Part shown: positions 17,012 to 26,642 of the stretch, piece by piece | Numbering within the stretch: the stretch's first letter is position 1 | How the letters are laid out: every line of letters starts with the position of its first letter | Source of the DNA: Croceibacterium sp. | GTDB taxonomy: Bacteria; Pseudomonadota; Alphaproteobacteria; Sphingomonadales; Sphingomonadaceae | Length of the DNA: 64,000 nt | NCBI GenBank assembly: GCA_039927815.1 | Contig: JBDSUJ010000034.1 | Span: 1,170-65,169, forward strand | Reading direction: 5' to 3' | The notes under the pieces: model-generated | The model's database searches: none | The model's input: only the letters and a program-made list of their open reading frames with translations | What the model was told of the DNA's origin: nothing | Position numbers and translations under genes: made by a program

Positions 17012-17551
17012 TTACACTGCTTTGTAGAAGCGTATTTTGACTGCGGGTTCGCCCTTGGGTCCCTTGGCGCCTTCAAGCGTTCCGACGAACGCGGTCTGCC
17101 CGAGCCATTGGTATTTGCCCAAGGGAGCCTCGAAGCGCGGTGAAGTGCGCGCCGGTTTTGGAGCTTCCCCGGGCTTCGGCATGCACAGCGCGCCGTCGTT
17201 CACGACGTTGATGATCACACCGTCGTCGGTCTTTAGCATGTAGTCGGCGTGAACGTCGACGCAGCCGTCGGCGCGGACCAGTTGCCAGTCCCAACCGCCG
17301 GGAATGATCGTGCCCCTGATTCCCGGGCCTTCAAAAGTCCCGCTGGTGATGGGGATCAGGTTGCGGCTTCCGTAGGGCGTCTTGCCCGGCACGATCGCGG
17401 AGGAGAGCGTGACCAGTTCTTCAAACGCGAACTCGAGGCGGGGTGAATTTGGCGCAGGATTATCCGCCGCGGCCAGGGGGCCGCACACAAGTCCCGCAGC
17501 CAAGCCTAGTCCCAGCCGGCGCACCCGATCGATCGATCTCATCAGCTTCAT
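17012..17551 (-). CDS. Secreted DUF3237-like protein
   Basis: Start at MKLMRSIDRVRRLGLGLAAGLVCGPLAAA, with GAGGGG upstream. The body (PYG.R..IPITSGTFEGPGIRGTI.PGG.DWQL.R.DG...V.A.Y.L.TDDG..I) matches my memory of DUF3237/UPF0311. Confidence 0.7.
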   Translation of the reverse strand: MKLMRSIDRVRRLGLGLAAGLVCGPLAAADNPAPNSPRLEFAFEELVTLSSAIVPGKTPYGSRNLIPITSGTFEGPGIRGTIIPGGWDWQLVRADGCVDVHADYMLKTDDGVIINVVNDGALCMPKPGEAPKPARTSPRFEAPLGKYQWLGQTAFVGTLEGAKGPKGEPAVKIRFYKAV

Positions 17552-17594
17552 CCCCTCTTCTGACTGCCTTAGCATGACGCCGCGCCAATGGCCG

Positions 17595-18260
17595 TCAATC
17601 CTCTCCGAAGTGCACCGACTCGTCCAGTCGAGAGAGGAAATCCAGCCCGTTGATCACGTGGGCTCGCATCGCACTCTCCGCCGCCTTTGCATCGCCCGCC
17701 ATCACGGCATCGACGATGACGCGGTGGTCCTGAACCGCGGCGCGCAGGCGCTCCCCGCGGTAGAATGTCTCGAACACCAGATGATGGATCGGGGTATTCA
17801 GCCGCTGGACAATGCTCTTGATCACATGGTCGCCCGCCCCGTCCATGATCAGGTTGTGCCATTGCGCGTTCAGACGTGAGAACTGTTCCGGCGCGGGCCC
17901 CGCCACACACGCTTCCATCTGTTCGGCGATGGCGTTCAGTTCGGCCTTTTGCGCTGCGCTTGCTCGCGCGGTAAAATCGGCGGCACAGATGCCCTCCATC
18001 GCCCCCCGAGCATGATAGAGCTGGCGCACTTCCTCCATCGTCGCATTTCGGACCGACGCCCCCCGGAATTCCTCGACATCAACTAGACCTTCCGCGTCCA
18101 GGCGCTGGAGCGCCTCGCGCACCTTGAAACGGCTGCCCCCGGTCTGACGAATTATGTCGATTTCGACCAGACGCTGGCCCGGAACGAGCCTCCTGCGGCG
18201 GATCTGGCCACGGACCCAATCAGCAATCTCGACCGACGATGGCCCCTTTTTTTCTAACAT
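17595..18260 (-). CDS. GntR family transcriptional regulator (FadR/FCD subfamily)
   Basis: N-terminal winged helix (IADWVRGQIRRRRLVPGQRLVEIDIIRQTGGSRFKVREALQRLDAEGLV) plus a helical C-terminal ligand domain. Confidence 0.9.
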   Translation of the reverse strand: MLEKKGPSSVEIADWVRGQIRRRRLVPGQRLVEIDIIRQTGGSRFKVREALQRLDAEGLVDVEEFRGASVRNATMEEVRQLYHARGAMEGICAADFTARASAAQKAELNAIAEQMEACVAGPAPEQFSRLNAQWHNLIMDGAGDHVIKSIVQRLNTPIHHLVFETFYRGERLRAAVQDHRVIVDAVMAGDAKAAESAMRAHVINGLDFLSRLDESVHFGED

Positions 18261-18388
18261 TTGCAGTCTCGTTGACTTGAAAGGGCAGTCTCCTGGTAAT
18301 CAGCGATATTGTCAACAATTTCGTCATCGTGATTTTCGTTGCACTGTCGCCGCGCGTGGCCTTGATGGCAGTTGGAGGAGAGAGGTTC

Positions 18389-20092
18389 ATGGCGACTAGG
18401 CGCGTGAGCGCGATGGCGCTGGCGTTATTGTGCAGCGGTCCGCTCGCCGCGCAGCCGTACCCTGATGTGCTCGTCCAATCGCGTTACGTCAAAGTGCGTG
18501 ACGGCACCCGCCTCGCCATCAGCATTTACCGGCCCGCAACCGGCCCGTCGGCCACGCAGGCGCGCCTGCCCGTGGTGTTCGCCTTCACACCCTATCGCGC
18601 GCGTTATCGCGCCCCTGACGGAAAGATCACCGAGGCCGCCTTAGGCGACAACCTGGGTATGCGCTCGCTGTTGCGCGCCGGATATGTCGTGGCCGTTGCC
18701 GATGTCCGCGGCAAGGGGGCCTCGTTCGGGCATCGCCGGGGTTTCCAGGACCGGACCGAGGCGCAGGACGGCTACGATCTCGTCGAATGGCTGGCGCACC
18801 AGCCCTTTGCCGATGGCAAGGTGGGGATGGTCGGTTGCTCGTACTTGGGAGGGTCCGCCTTCCAGGTTGCGACAACTGCACCCCCGTCGTTGAAGGCCGC
18901 GTTCATCGGCGCGAGCGACCTCGACAAATACGCCTTTGTCCGAAACGGCGGGATCACCGCACAATTCAACACGCGGCCCGATGAAGAGCCGGCCGTCGAC
19001 CTCGCCACCGTTCCGATGGACGAGGACAAGGATGGCGCGATGCTGCGCGCTGCCGTCGCAGAGCACGCGGCGAACACGCCGATGGGTCCACTGTGGTACG
19101 GGATGCCCTACCGGGACAGCCAGTCCGCCTTTACCAAGACCGCGTTCTGGGAAGAAGTCGGGCCTTACACATATCTCGACAAGGTAAAGCGGGCGGGGAT
19201 TGCCACTTACTTCTGGGGCAACTGGCAGGACGAGCCCACCAGCCAGATCATCCTCTCGGCCGCCAACCTGGGAAGTCGTATGCTCGCCGGGCCGGGCGGC
19301 CATTGCGTGCCACCTCCGGGTTTTGACTTGCCGGGAGAGATCGTCGGCTTTTTCGATCATTATCTGAAGGGCCTGAACCACGACTATGGTCGCCTGCCGC
19401 GTGCGACTTACTGGGTCGAGGGGCTGGGCGGAACCGGCCGCTTCGTGATCAGCAACGAACTGCCGGGCGTCGAGTCCCGCCCGGTTCCATGGTATCTCGC
19501 CGCCGCCACGGGTGCGCCCGGGTTGGACAGTTCGACAGCGCCGCTGGAGACTACCGCTTCCTTCAAGGTCGATTACGATCTTCCGCCGGCGGACTATTTC
19601 GCATTCTGGCCTGGGCCCATGGGTGCAAAAGGGCTGAGCTTCACCAGCGCGCCCGTTTCTCAACCGATCAAGCTCATCGGGTATCCGGTGGCCCAATTGA
19701 CGGTGGCGTCCGACAATCCCCAGGCCGACGTCTTCGTTTACCTCGATCGCATCAAGGTGGACGGCAAGGCGGATGTTGCTGCGTTTGGTCGCCTCAAGCT
19801 ATCGCACCACAAGCTAGCGCAGGCCCCTTACAACACCCTCGGGTTGCCGTGGCACTCTGGGCTTCAGGCGGATGTCGCTCCGCCGGCCCCGGGGGAAGCG
19901 GTGCCGCTGTCGATTGCGCTGACGCCTGTTTCGCTGGTCGTCGCGCCGGGCGAGCGGTTGCGCTTCGTGGTCACGGGCGCCGACCCGCGCCAGCGCAATT
20001 TGAAGGCCATTCGGCTCAATCCCGCCCCGCAGATCACCGTGCGCGTGGGCGGCCCAGCCGGTTCTCGCATCGATCTGCCGTTGGCTCCGTGA
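18389..20092 (+). CDS. Secreted CocE/NonD family hydrolase (S15 X-Pro dipeptidyl-peptidase-like alpha/beta hydrolase)
   Basis: Start at MATRRVSAMALALLCSGPLAAQ (GGAGGAG upstream). Motifs RDGTRLAISIYRP, GYVVAVADVRGKGASFG, and the nucleophile elbow GMVGCSYLGG. Confidence 0.85.
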   Translation: MATRRVSAMALALLCSGPLAAQPYPDVLVQSRYVKVRDGTRLAISIYRPATGPSATQARLPVVFAFTPYRARYRAPDGKITEAALGDNLGMRSLLRAGYVVAVADVRGKGASFGHRRGFQDRTEAQDGYDLVEWLAHQPFADGKVGMVGCSYLGGSAFQVATTAPPSLKAAFIGASDLDKYAFVRNGGITAQFNTRPDEEPAVDLATVPMDEDKDGAMLRAAVAEHAANTPMGPLWYGMPYRDSQSAFTKTAFWEEVGPYTYLDKVKRAGIATYFWGNWQDEPTSQIILSAANLGSRMLAGPGGHCVPPPGFDLPGEIVGFFDHYLKGLNHDYGRLPRATYWVEGLGGTGRFVISNELPGVESRPVPWYLAAATGAPGLDSSTAPLETTASFKVDYDLPPADYFAFWPGPMGAKGLSFTSAPVSQPIKLIGYPVAQLTVASDNPQADVFVYLDRIKVDGKADVAAFGRLKLSHHKLAQAPYNTLGLPWHSGLQADVAPPAPGEAVPLSIALTPVSLVVAPGERLRFVVTGADPRQRNLKAIRLNPAPQITVRVGGPAGSRIDLPLAP

Positions 20093-20143
20093 ACAATAAT
20101 GACACCGGCGCAAGACGCCGACGCGACTTGAGGGAGAATTGCC

Positions 20144-22864
20144 ATGATTATTGACAAGCAGGGGCTCCGCCCCGCGATCTTGATGCTGGGCGTTTCGCTG
20201 GGCACGCTGGCGATGGCCAGTCCCGTTTCCGCGCAAGACCGTCCGGTGCCCAGCGCGACAGTTCCGGCCGACCCTGAGGGCGCCGGTCCAACTCCTGTTA
20301 CCGATACGCCTCCCGAAACGATCGTGGTGACAGGAAGCCGGTTGCGCGGCGTAGCGCCAGTTGGGTCCAGCGTCATCGCGCTGGGCCGCGCGGAGATCGA
20401 AAGCTCAGGCGCGGTGACCATCGACCGGATAATCAAGGAAATCCCGCAGAACTTCGACCTGGGCGTGTCCGAGAACTCGCGCGGCCAGTCGGGCGGGAGC
20501 GGCAATATCACGTACGGCAACTCGGTCAACTTGCGGGGGATCGGCCCTTACGCGACCCTGGTGATCATCGATGGCCACCGCGTGACCAGCAACAGCCGTT
20601 CGATCGACCCCTCGGTGCTGCCCTCGCTCGGTGTTGAACGGGTCGAGGTCGTCGCCGACGGCGCGTCGGCGATTTACGGGTCGGACGCCGTGGCGGGGGT
20701 CGTCAACTTGATCCCGCGTCGCACGCTCGATGGCGGCGAAATGTTTGCCCGCAGTGGCTTTTCGGACGGGGGCGACTTTAGCGAAAAGGCGGTTGGCCTG
20801 GCACTGGGCAAGCGCTTTTCGCGCGGACAAATCATGATCGCGGGCGAGCATGTGGAACGTTCCAACCTCTCGGGCGACGACCGCAATTTCTTCGTCAGCA
20901 ATCAACTCCCGTTCGGCGGCACTGACGGGCGAACCACGCGCTGCAATCCCGGCAACATCCGAGTCGGTTCCACGTTCTACGCCATTCCAGCCGGCGGGGT
21001 CACCCAGGCGAACGCCGGATCTCTGGTGGCAGGCACGCGCAACTTGTGCGAGCTGCTGCGGGGCCAAGACCTGATCCCCGAACAGAGCTACAATACCGTG
21101 AATAGCACGGGCACGTTCGACATTACGGGCAGCATCAGTCTGTTCTACGATGCGTTCTATTCCAAGCGCGATTTCTACCGCCGCGGCAGCTACATCGCGC
21201 TTAATAACGTGAACGTGCCGCAGACGAATGCATTCTTCGTGCGCCCGGCTGGATTTGCCGGCAACAGCTACGGCATCGATTACCTCGCTTTGGAACTTCC
21301 GCCCGGCAACACCGCCGGTTACGCCAAGAGCTGGCAGGTAACCCCCGGGATCCGCGTCAAACTGCCGCACGATTTCCAATTCGAAGCGCTGGTTGGGCGC
21401 GGCAAGACCGATGACTTCTCGGGCCTCTATACCGCGGTTAATAATGGCGCGCTCACTACGGCGTTGGCCAGCAGCGACCCGGCCAAGGCGCTCGACGTCT
21501 ATGGTCTCGGACGGACCAATCCGGCGATCTTGCCGGGGTTGGCTGACAATATCTTCCTAGCGCCGACCAACGGCGACTTGTGGACCTACGCAGCCCGGAT
21601 CAACGGATCCTTGGTGGATCTGCCGGGCGGTTCGGTTAAGCTGGCGGCGGGGTTCGAGCGGCAGGACTTCAACGTGGCGCTGGGGTCCGCGCGCGGTGGA
21701 CCAACCCTGCCGATCACTTACCGCAACTTCGGCCGTACCGTGGATTCTTTCTATGGCGAGTTGTACATCCCGATCTTCGGGCCGGGCAACGCGATACCGG
21801 GGTTCGAGCGGCTGGAACTGAACGCCGCGGTCCGACATGACAAGTACAGCGACGTTGGCTCGACCACCAATCCAAAGTTTGGGATCAACTGGTCGCCAAT
21901 CGACGCGGTCAAGCTGCGCGCCAGTTACGGCACATCGTTCCGTGCGCCCACTATCCCCGAAATCTACGGCAATTCGAACAACCTGTTCGTCCAACCCTAT
22001 TCCAACCCCGCCGGCGGGACCATTATCGGGGTAGCCTTGTCCGGCCAGAACCTCGACCTCACGCCGGAAACCGCAAAGACTTGGTCGGTGGGCGCGGATA
22101 TCACGCCCGTGCCGCGGCTGCGCCTCGGCGCGACCTACTGGAGCGTGAATTACGACAACCAGGTCGTCGCCAATCTGTCGAACCTCGCGATCCTAGGCAG
22201 CGAAGCGTTCTACGCGGGCACCGGCATCATCCTGCGTGGGGCGGAAGCGGCCGCGAAGGTCGCCGCGCTGAACGGTTCCGGCGTCGGCTTCAGTGGCGTG
22301 CCACCCGTGCCGGTGACCCTGTTCGTCGACGGGCGCGGGCGCAACCTGGGCACTTCGGTTACGCGCGGTATCGACGTCGTCCTCGATTGGCGGATCAACT
22401 TGACCCCGCAGGACATGATCTCACTCAATGCAGCGGGAACGTACCTCACCACTTACCGCGTTGCCGCAACCCCGAACGCCCCGCAGATTGACCGCCTGAA
22501 CACCATCTTCAATCCGCTGCGATTCAAAGCGCGGTCCAGCGTTTCGTGGGATCACGCTCCGTTCAATGTTCGCGCCACGTGGACGCACATCAACGGGTAC
22601 ATCAACAACGTGCCCACGGTGCCGCAGCAGGTGGGCAGTTTCAACCCGGTCGATCTTGCGATCACTTTCAAGGTCGGAGACGAGTCGGCGAGCGGCTTTG
22701 TCGCCAAGGGCGCTTCGGTCACGCTCGAAGTTCGCAACGCCTTTGACGAGGCGCCGCCTTATGTGAACATAACCCCCAGCGGAAACGGCAGCGGGGGTTA
22801 CGATGCCTCTGCAGCCGATCCGATCGGGCGCTTGTTTGCCGTGAGCGTCAGGAAATCTTTCTAG
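20144..22864 (+). CDS. TonB-dependent receptor
   Basis: 906 aa. Signal peptide ends SPVSAQD. Plug motifs ETIVVTGSRLRG, VERVEVVADGASAIYGSDAVAGVVNLI. C-terminal ...FAVSVRKSF. Confidence 0.9.
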   Translation: MIIDKQGLRPAILMLGVSLGTLAMASPVSAQDRPVPSATVPADPEGAGPTPVTDTPPETIVVTGSRLRGVAPVGSSVIALGRAEIESSGAVTIDRIIKEIPQNFDLGVSENSRGQSGGSGNITYGNSVNLRGIGPYATLVIIDGHRVTSNSRSIDPSVLPSLGVERVEVVADGASAIYGSDAVAGVVNLIPRRTLDGGEMFARSGFSDGGDFSEKAVGLALGKRFSRGQIMIAGEHVERSNLSGDDRNFFVSNQLPFGGTDGRTTRCNPGNIRVGSTFYAIPAGGVTQANAGSLVAGTRNLCELLRGQDLIPEQSYNTVNSTGTFDITGSISLFYDAFYSKRDFYRRGSYIALNNVNVPQTNAFFVRPAGFAGNSYGIDYLALELPPGNTAGYAKSWQVTPGIRVKLPHDFQFEALVGRGKTDDFSGLYTAVNNGALTTALASSDPAKALDVYGLGRTNPAILPGLADNIFLAPTNGDLWTYAARINGSLVDLPGGSVKLAAGFERQDFNVALGSARGGPTLPITYRNFGRTVDSFYGELYIPIFGPGNAIPGFERLELNAAVRHDKYSDVGSTTNPKFGINWSPIDAVKLRASYGTSFRAPTIPEIYGNSNNLFVQPYSNPAGGTIIGVALSGQNLDLTPETAKTWSVGADITPVPRLRLGATYWSVNYDNQVVANLSNLAILGSEAFYAGTGIILRGAEAAAKVAALNGSGVGFSGVPPVPVTLFVDGRGRNLGTSVTRGIDVVLDWRINLTPQDMISLNAAGTYLTTYRVAATPNAPQIDRLNTIFNPLRFKARSSVSWDHAPFNVRATWTHINGYINNVPTVPQQVGSFNPVDLAITFKVGDESASGFVAKGASVTLEVRNAFDEAPPYVNITPSGNGSGGYDASAADPIGRLFAVSVRKSF

Positions 22865-22895
22865 GAGCGGCGCGAAGCGCCACACGCCCAATACG

Positions 22896-24008
22896 ATGAG
22901 CGATGACTTTGTAACCCTGGTGCTGGCCGGGGACCTCATTCTGGACGAACCGGACCCGGGCTACTGGCTCTCGGGCATCGCCCCTGCTTTGCGCGCGGCC
23001 GACCTCGCGATCGGTCATCTTGAGGTACCGCACACGGACTGCCACGACGAGGTAGGAGGCGACGTCCCATCTCCGGGGGCGCCGCCGGAGAATCTCGCTG
23101 CGCTGGCCCAGGCGGGTTTCGCAATGGTGAGCCTGGCCGGCAATCATATGGCGGATTGCGGACCGCAGGGCATCGCCGACACCATCGCAGGCCTCGGCGC
23201 TGCCGGGATCGCCCATGCGGGTGCAGGTGCTGACCTGGCCGCGTCGCGCCAAGCTGCGTTCGTTACTGTAAAAGGCCTTCGGATCGCCCTGTTGAGCTAC
23301 AACTGCGTCGGGCCCGAGTTCGGCTGGGCTGGGCCAGGCAGCGCTGGGAGTGCTTATCTTCCCCTGGAAGTGGCAGGTGGAGGGCCAGTGACGCCGCGCT
23401 CGACGATCGCGGCGATTGCCCCTCAGGCGTACGACATTCTCGCTGAGGATATCGCTACCGCGCGAGCGCAAGCGGATATCGTGCTGGTAGCGTTGCACAA
23501 GGGGCGCGTGCACACTCCGGCGGCGCTTGAACCCTACGAAAGCCCGTTGGCCCGCGCCGCGATCGACGCCGGGGCGGACGTGGTGATCGGCCACCACGCG
23601 CACATCGCGCGCGGGATCGAATTCCATCGCGGCAAACCGATCTTCCACGGCCTTGGCAACGGTTGTGTCGTCACGCGCGCTTTATCACCGGCCCAGGATC
23701 ACCCCGCGCGGCGCGAGTGGGCGGAGCAGCGCAAGGTCCTGTTCGGTTTCGAACCCGACCCGGAATATACGCTCGCGCCGTTCCATCCTGAGGCGAAGCA
23801 CGCCTTCCTCGGGAGAGTTGAAGTGGCGCGGAATGGGGCAGTGCGCGCCTCGATCGTACCCGTGTGGGTAGAAGCGCCGGGCAGGCCAGTGCTGGCGAGC
23901 GGCCAGCGGGCGGAGCAAGTGCGGCGGTATATCGAGGCTATTACCGTCAGCGCCGGGCTGGATGCGGTCACCATCGGCGACGATGGCCGGGTGGCTCTCG
24001 CCGCATGA
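22896..24008 (+). CDS. CapA family (PGA_cap, metallophosphoesterase-like) protein
   Basis: 370 aa. Motifs LAGDLILD, AIGHLE.P, SLAGNHMADCG, VIGHHAHIARGIE. No signal peptide. No capB/capC homologs nearby. Confidence 0.75.
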   Translation: MSDDFVTLVLAGDLILDEPDPGYWLSGIAPALRAADLAIGHLEVPHTDCHDEVGGDVPSPGAPPENLAALAQAGFAMVSLAGNHMADCGPQGIADTIAGLGAAGIAHAGAGADLAASRQAAFVTVKGLRIALLSYNCVGPEFGWAGPGSAGSAYLPLEVAGGGPVTPRSTIAAIAPQAYDILAEDIATARAQADIVLVALHKGRVHTPAALEPYESPLARAAIDAGADVVIGHHAHIARGIEFHRGKPIFHGLGNGCVVTRALSPAQDHPARREWAEQRKVLFGFEPDPEYTLAPFHPEAKHAFLGRVEVARNGAVRASIVPVWVEAPGRPVLASGQRAEQVRRYIEAITVSAGLDAVTIGDDGRVALAA

Positions 24009-24454
24009 CGGCGCTGCACCGCATCGGTGTATGGATCGGAGGCGCCGCGCTGCTGGCTGCGACGGCAATCGACACCATCGCGGTGATCGGGCGCAACATC
24101 GGCCTGCCGATCATCGGCTCGATCGAACTGGTCCAGACGGCTGTGCTGGTGTCGGGCGTGTTCGGCCTGATCTTTGCCACCTGGGGCGAGGAGCACGCCC
24201 GAGTCCGCATCCTTACTGACCGCCTCCCGCGCGCGGGTGCGCTGGCGGATATCATCGGGCCTTTGTCGATGGCACTGTTCTTTGGCTGCCTGCTGACCGG
24301 CTCGCTGTGGCTGGCCAGCGACCTGTGGAGCGGTCACGAGCGAAGCGAAGTGCTCGGTATTCCGTGGGGCGCCCTGCGGCTCACGGCGAACCTTGGGTTG
24401 GCGGGCTGCGTGTTAGCTTCGCTCGCGGTGCTTTTCCGGCGCACCCAGCGATGA
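24005..24454 (+). CDS. TRAP transporter small permease subunit (DctQ-like)
   Basis: 149 aa, four hydrophobic segments. The ATG overlaps the capA-like stop (ATGA). Immediately precedes the DctM-like gene. Confidence 0.75.
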   Translation: MTALHRIGVWIGGAALLAATAIDTIAVIGRNIGLPIIGSIELVQTAVLVSGVFGLIFATWGEEHARVRILTDRLPRAGALADIIGPLSMALFFGCLLTGSLWLASDLWSGHERSEVLGIPWGALRLTANLGLAGCVLASLAVLFRRTQR

Positions 24455-25758
24455 TTTACGCGACTCCCGCCACCGGTGCACTGGGCCTGCTCGTGCTCTT
24501 CGCGCTCATTTTGAGTGGGGTGCGCATCGGCGCGGCGCTCGGTCTTGTCGGGTTGGGTGGGCTGGCGGTCGTGCTCGGGCCGGAACCGGCGTTGATCAAG
24601 GCGGGCGTGGTCACCATCGACACATTGACGCGATACGAGCTTGGCACGCTGCCGCTGTTCCTGCTGATGGCGCACGTGTTCTTCGCGGTCGATGCCAGCC
24701 GCGACATGTTCGATGTCGCCGCACGGTTCCTGGGCCACCGGCGGGGCGGGCTCGCCTATGCCGCTGTGGCCGGCTGCGCGGGCTTCGGCGCCATAAACGG
24801 CTCGAGCCTCGCGACCGCGGCAACGATCGGTTCTGTCGCGCTCCCGGAAATGCGCCGCCGCGGCTATTCGGACGCCCTGGCGACGGGCACCGTCGCCGCG
24901 GGCGGTACTCTGGGCCAGATGATCCCGCCCTCGGGCGCGCTCATCGTTTATGGCATCATTGCCGAGACGTCGATCGGGCAACTGTTCACGGCCGCGATCA
25001 TTCCGGGAATTTCTCAGGCGCTGTTTTATTTCGTGGTGATCTGGCTGCTCGTGCGGTGGAAACCGGGCGTCGCGCCGGCGTCCGAACGGGCGGGGTGGCG
25101 CGAGCGGTGGGAGTCCTTGCGCCGCGTCTGGGACATGGCGCTGCTCATCGCGGTAGTCATCGGCGGGATCGCCGTGGGTTGGATCAGCCCGTCCGAGGCC
25201 GCTGCCATCGGGGCGGCGGGTTCCCTCCTCATCGCGCTAGTCCGGCGTCGGCTCGGCTGGTCAATGCTGTTCTCGGCCTTCGAGGCGACCCTCAAGACGA
25301 GTGGGATGATTTTCCTCATCATCATCGGCGCGCTGGTGTTCTCGGTCTTCATCGGCGTCACCGGCCTCGCCGAAGCGGCCAGCTCCGGGATCGCGGGGCT
25401 GCACCTGGGCCCGACCGGCACGCTGGTGGTTATCGCCTTGCTGCTGCTGGTTCTCGGCTCGGTTCTCGACGGGCTCGCGCTTATGTTGCTGACCACGCCG
25501 ATCCTGCTGCCGATCGTCGAGTCCACCGGCATGTCGGCGCTGTGGTTCGGTATCTTCATCACCCGGGCGATGGAAATGGGCTTCGTCCATCCGCCGCTCG
25601 GCATGAACCTTTATGTGATCCAGGGGGTGGCAAAAGATGTTCCCATCGGCCGTATCTTCAAAGGCGTCCTGCCGTTCCTGGCCAGCGACTTCGTGCACTT
25701 GTTCTTGCTGATCCTGGTCCCCGGCATGGCGCTATGGCTGCCCTCGGTGCTGAGATGA
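24451..25758 (+). CDS. TRAP transporter large permease subunit (DctM-like)
   Basis: 435 aa polytopic protein. Motifs ...GFGAINGSSLATAATIGSVALPEM and GTLGQMIPPS are typical of DctM. ATGA overlap with the DctQ-like gene. Confidence 0.9.
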   Translation: MIYATPATGALGLLVLFALILSGVRIGAALGLVGLGGLAVVLGPEPALIKAGVVTIDTLTRYELGTLPLFLLMAHVFFAVDASRDMFDVAARFLGHRRGGLAYAAVAGCAGFGAINGSSLATAATIGSVALPEMRRRGYSDALATGTVAAGGTLGQMIPPSGALIVYGIIAETSIGQLFTAAIIPGISQALFYFVVIWLLVRWKPGVAPASERAGWRERWESLRRVWDMALLIAVVIGGIAVGWISPSEAAAIGAAGSLLIALVRRRLGWSMLFSAFEATLKTSGMIFLIIIGALVFSVFIGVTGLAEAASSGIAGLHLGPTGTLVVIALLLLVLGSVLDGLALMLLTTPILLPIVESTGMSALWFGIFITRAMEMGFVHPPLGMNLYVIQGVAKDVPIGRIFKGVLPFLASDFVHLFLLILVPGMALWLPSVLR

Positions 25759-26642
25759 CGGGCCCTATTGCCCACGTCGGGCCCAACCTGCCGATGGACC
25801 TTCTGCGGGCAACCGGCCGTCACGCGGGCGCAATAGCGTTCGATCCCGATCGTTCTACGCCGGTCGCAGACCAGTGGATGGAGACGAAGTTCGCCCCGTG
25901 GGCCAAAGTCATTCTCGAGGGGTGGGCAGCCGGCGAATACGACGAGCTGGCACAAGTTCTGTTCAGCCGGGCGGACGACAGCGCGCAGCGCTTATATTAT
26001 TACGTATGCGAGCTGCAGCGGCGGGGACTCGTTGGTGGACCCGAGCCGCTGATCCTCGATATCGCGAAAGTTCCGCGTGCCAGCAGCATCGATCACACCG
26101 CGCATTGCGTGCGTCAATTGACCGTGCGGTTGGAGGTCGACGAGGACGTGCTGGTCACCGCGATCGAGACTTGCAATGCGGAGCGATCCGTTGCTGCCAG
26201 CGCGGTTGGGAGGCCGGTGTGCCTTCTCGCCGGCACTCCGCCGCCTGACGGACGGCTGCATGCTGCCATTCGTCAGGCCGGCTTCGTCCCGGTCGGGCGG
26301 ACTTTGCTCGAAACCTGGAATCAGCTGGGTTCACCGGTCGACTTGACCACTGGCGACGCCTGCGCCGCGTTGGCCCGCCAGATACACGGCGATCCGCAAG
26401 GGCCGCGGTCGTTTGCTGATCCCGGCGCCATGTTGAGCGGTGCATTATCCGCCACTGGCGCGACGGCTGTCATCCTGTGGCAGACGGAGGAAGACGAAGC
26501 GCAGGCCTGGCATCTGCCGGCTCAGAGAGCAGCCCTGTCCACCGCAGGCGTATCGGCTCTGGTCATGACCCGCCGCGACTGGCTCGGCCGCGATGCTGCG
26601 GCACACGAAATCACCGCGTTCCTCGGGGGAATTAAGGCATGA
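25755..26642 (+). CDS. Divergent 2-hydroxyacyl-CoA dehydratase family (BcrC/BadD/HgdB-like) protein, short form
   Basis: 295 aa. ATGA overlap with dctM. N-terminal IAHVGPNLPMDLLRATG and C-terminal AVILWQTEEDEAQAWHLPAQRAALSTAGVSALVM resemble the family termini (...P.E...A.G / ...G.P.L..). The upstream 233 codons of the track ORF lie inside dctM and were rejected. Confidence 0.5.
   Translation: MTGPIAHVGPNLPMDLLRATGRHAGAIAFDPDRSTPVADQWMETKFAPWAKVILEGWAAGEYDELAQVLFSRADDSAQRLYYYVCELQRRGLVGGPEPLILDIAKVPRASSIDHTAHCVRQLTVRLEVDEDVLVTAIETCNAERSVAASAVGRPVCLLAGTPPPDGRLHAAIRQAGFVPVGRTLLETWNQLGSPVDLTTGDACAALARQIHGDPQGPRSFADPGAMLSGALSATGATAVILWQTEEDEAQAWHLPAQRAALSTAGVSALVMTRRDWLGRDAAAHEITAFLGGIKA

Noticed and set aside
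22896-24008. Interpreting the CapA-like gene as part of a poly-gamma-glutamate synthesis (capBCA/pgsBCA) operon
   Set aside because: No CapB/PgsB ligase or CapC/PgsC membrane component is present. The neighbours are transport and CoA-dependent catabolic genes.
25056-25754. 5' extension of ORF 25056-26642
   Set aside because: It lies out of frame inside dctM and has Arg/Gly-rich composition. The ATG at 25755 overlaps the dctM stop, matching every other junction in the operon.
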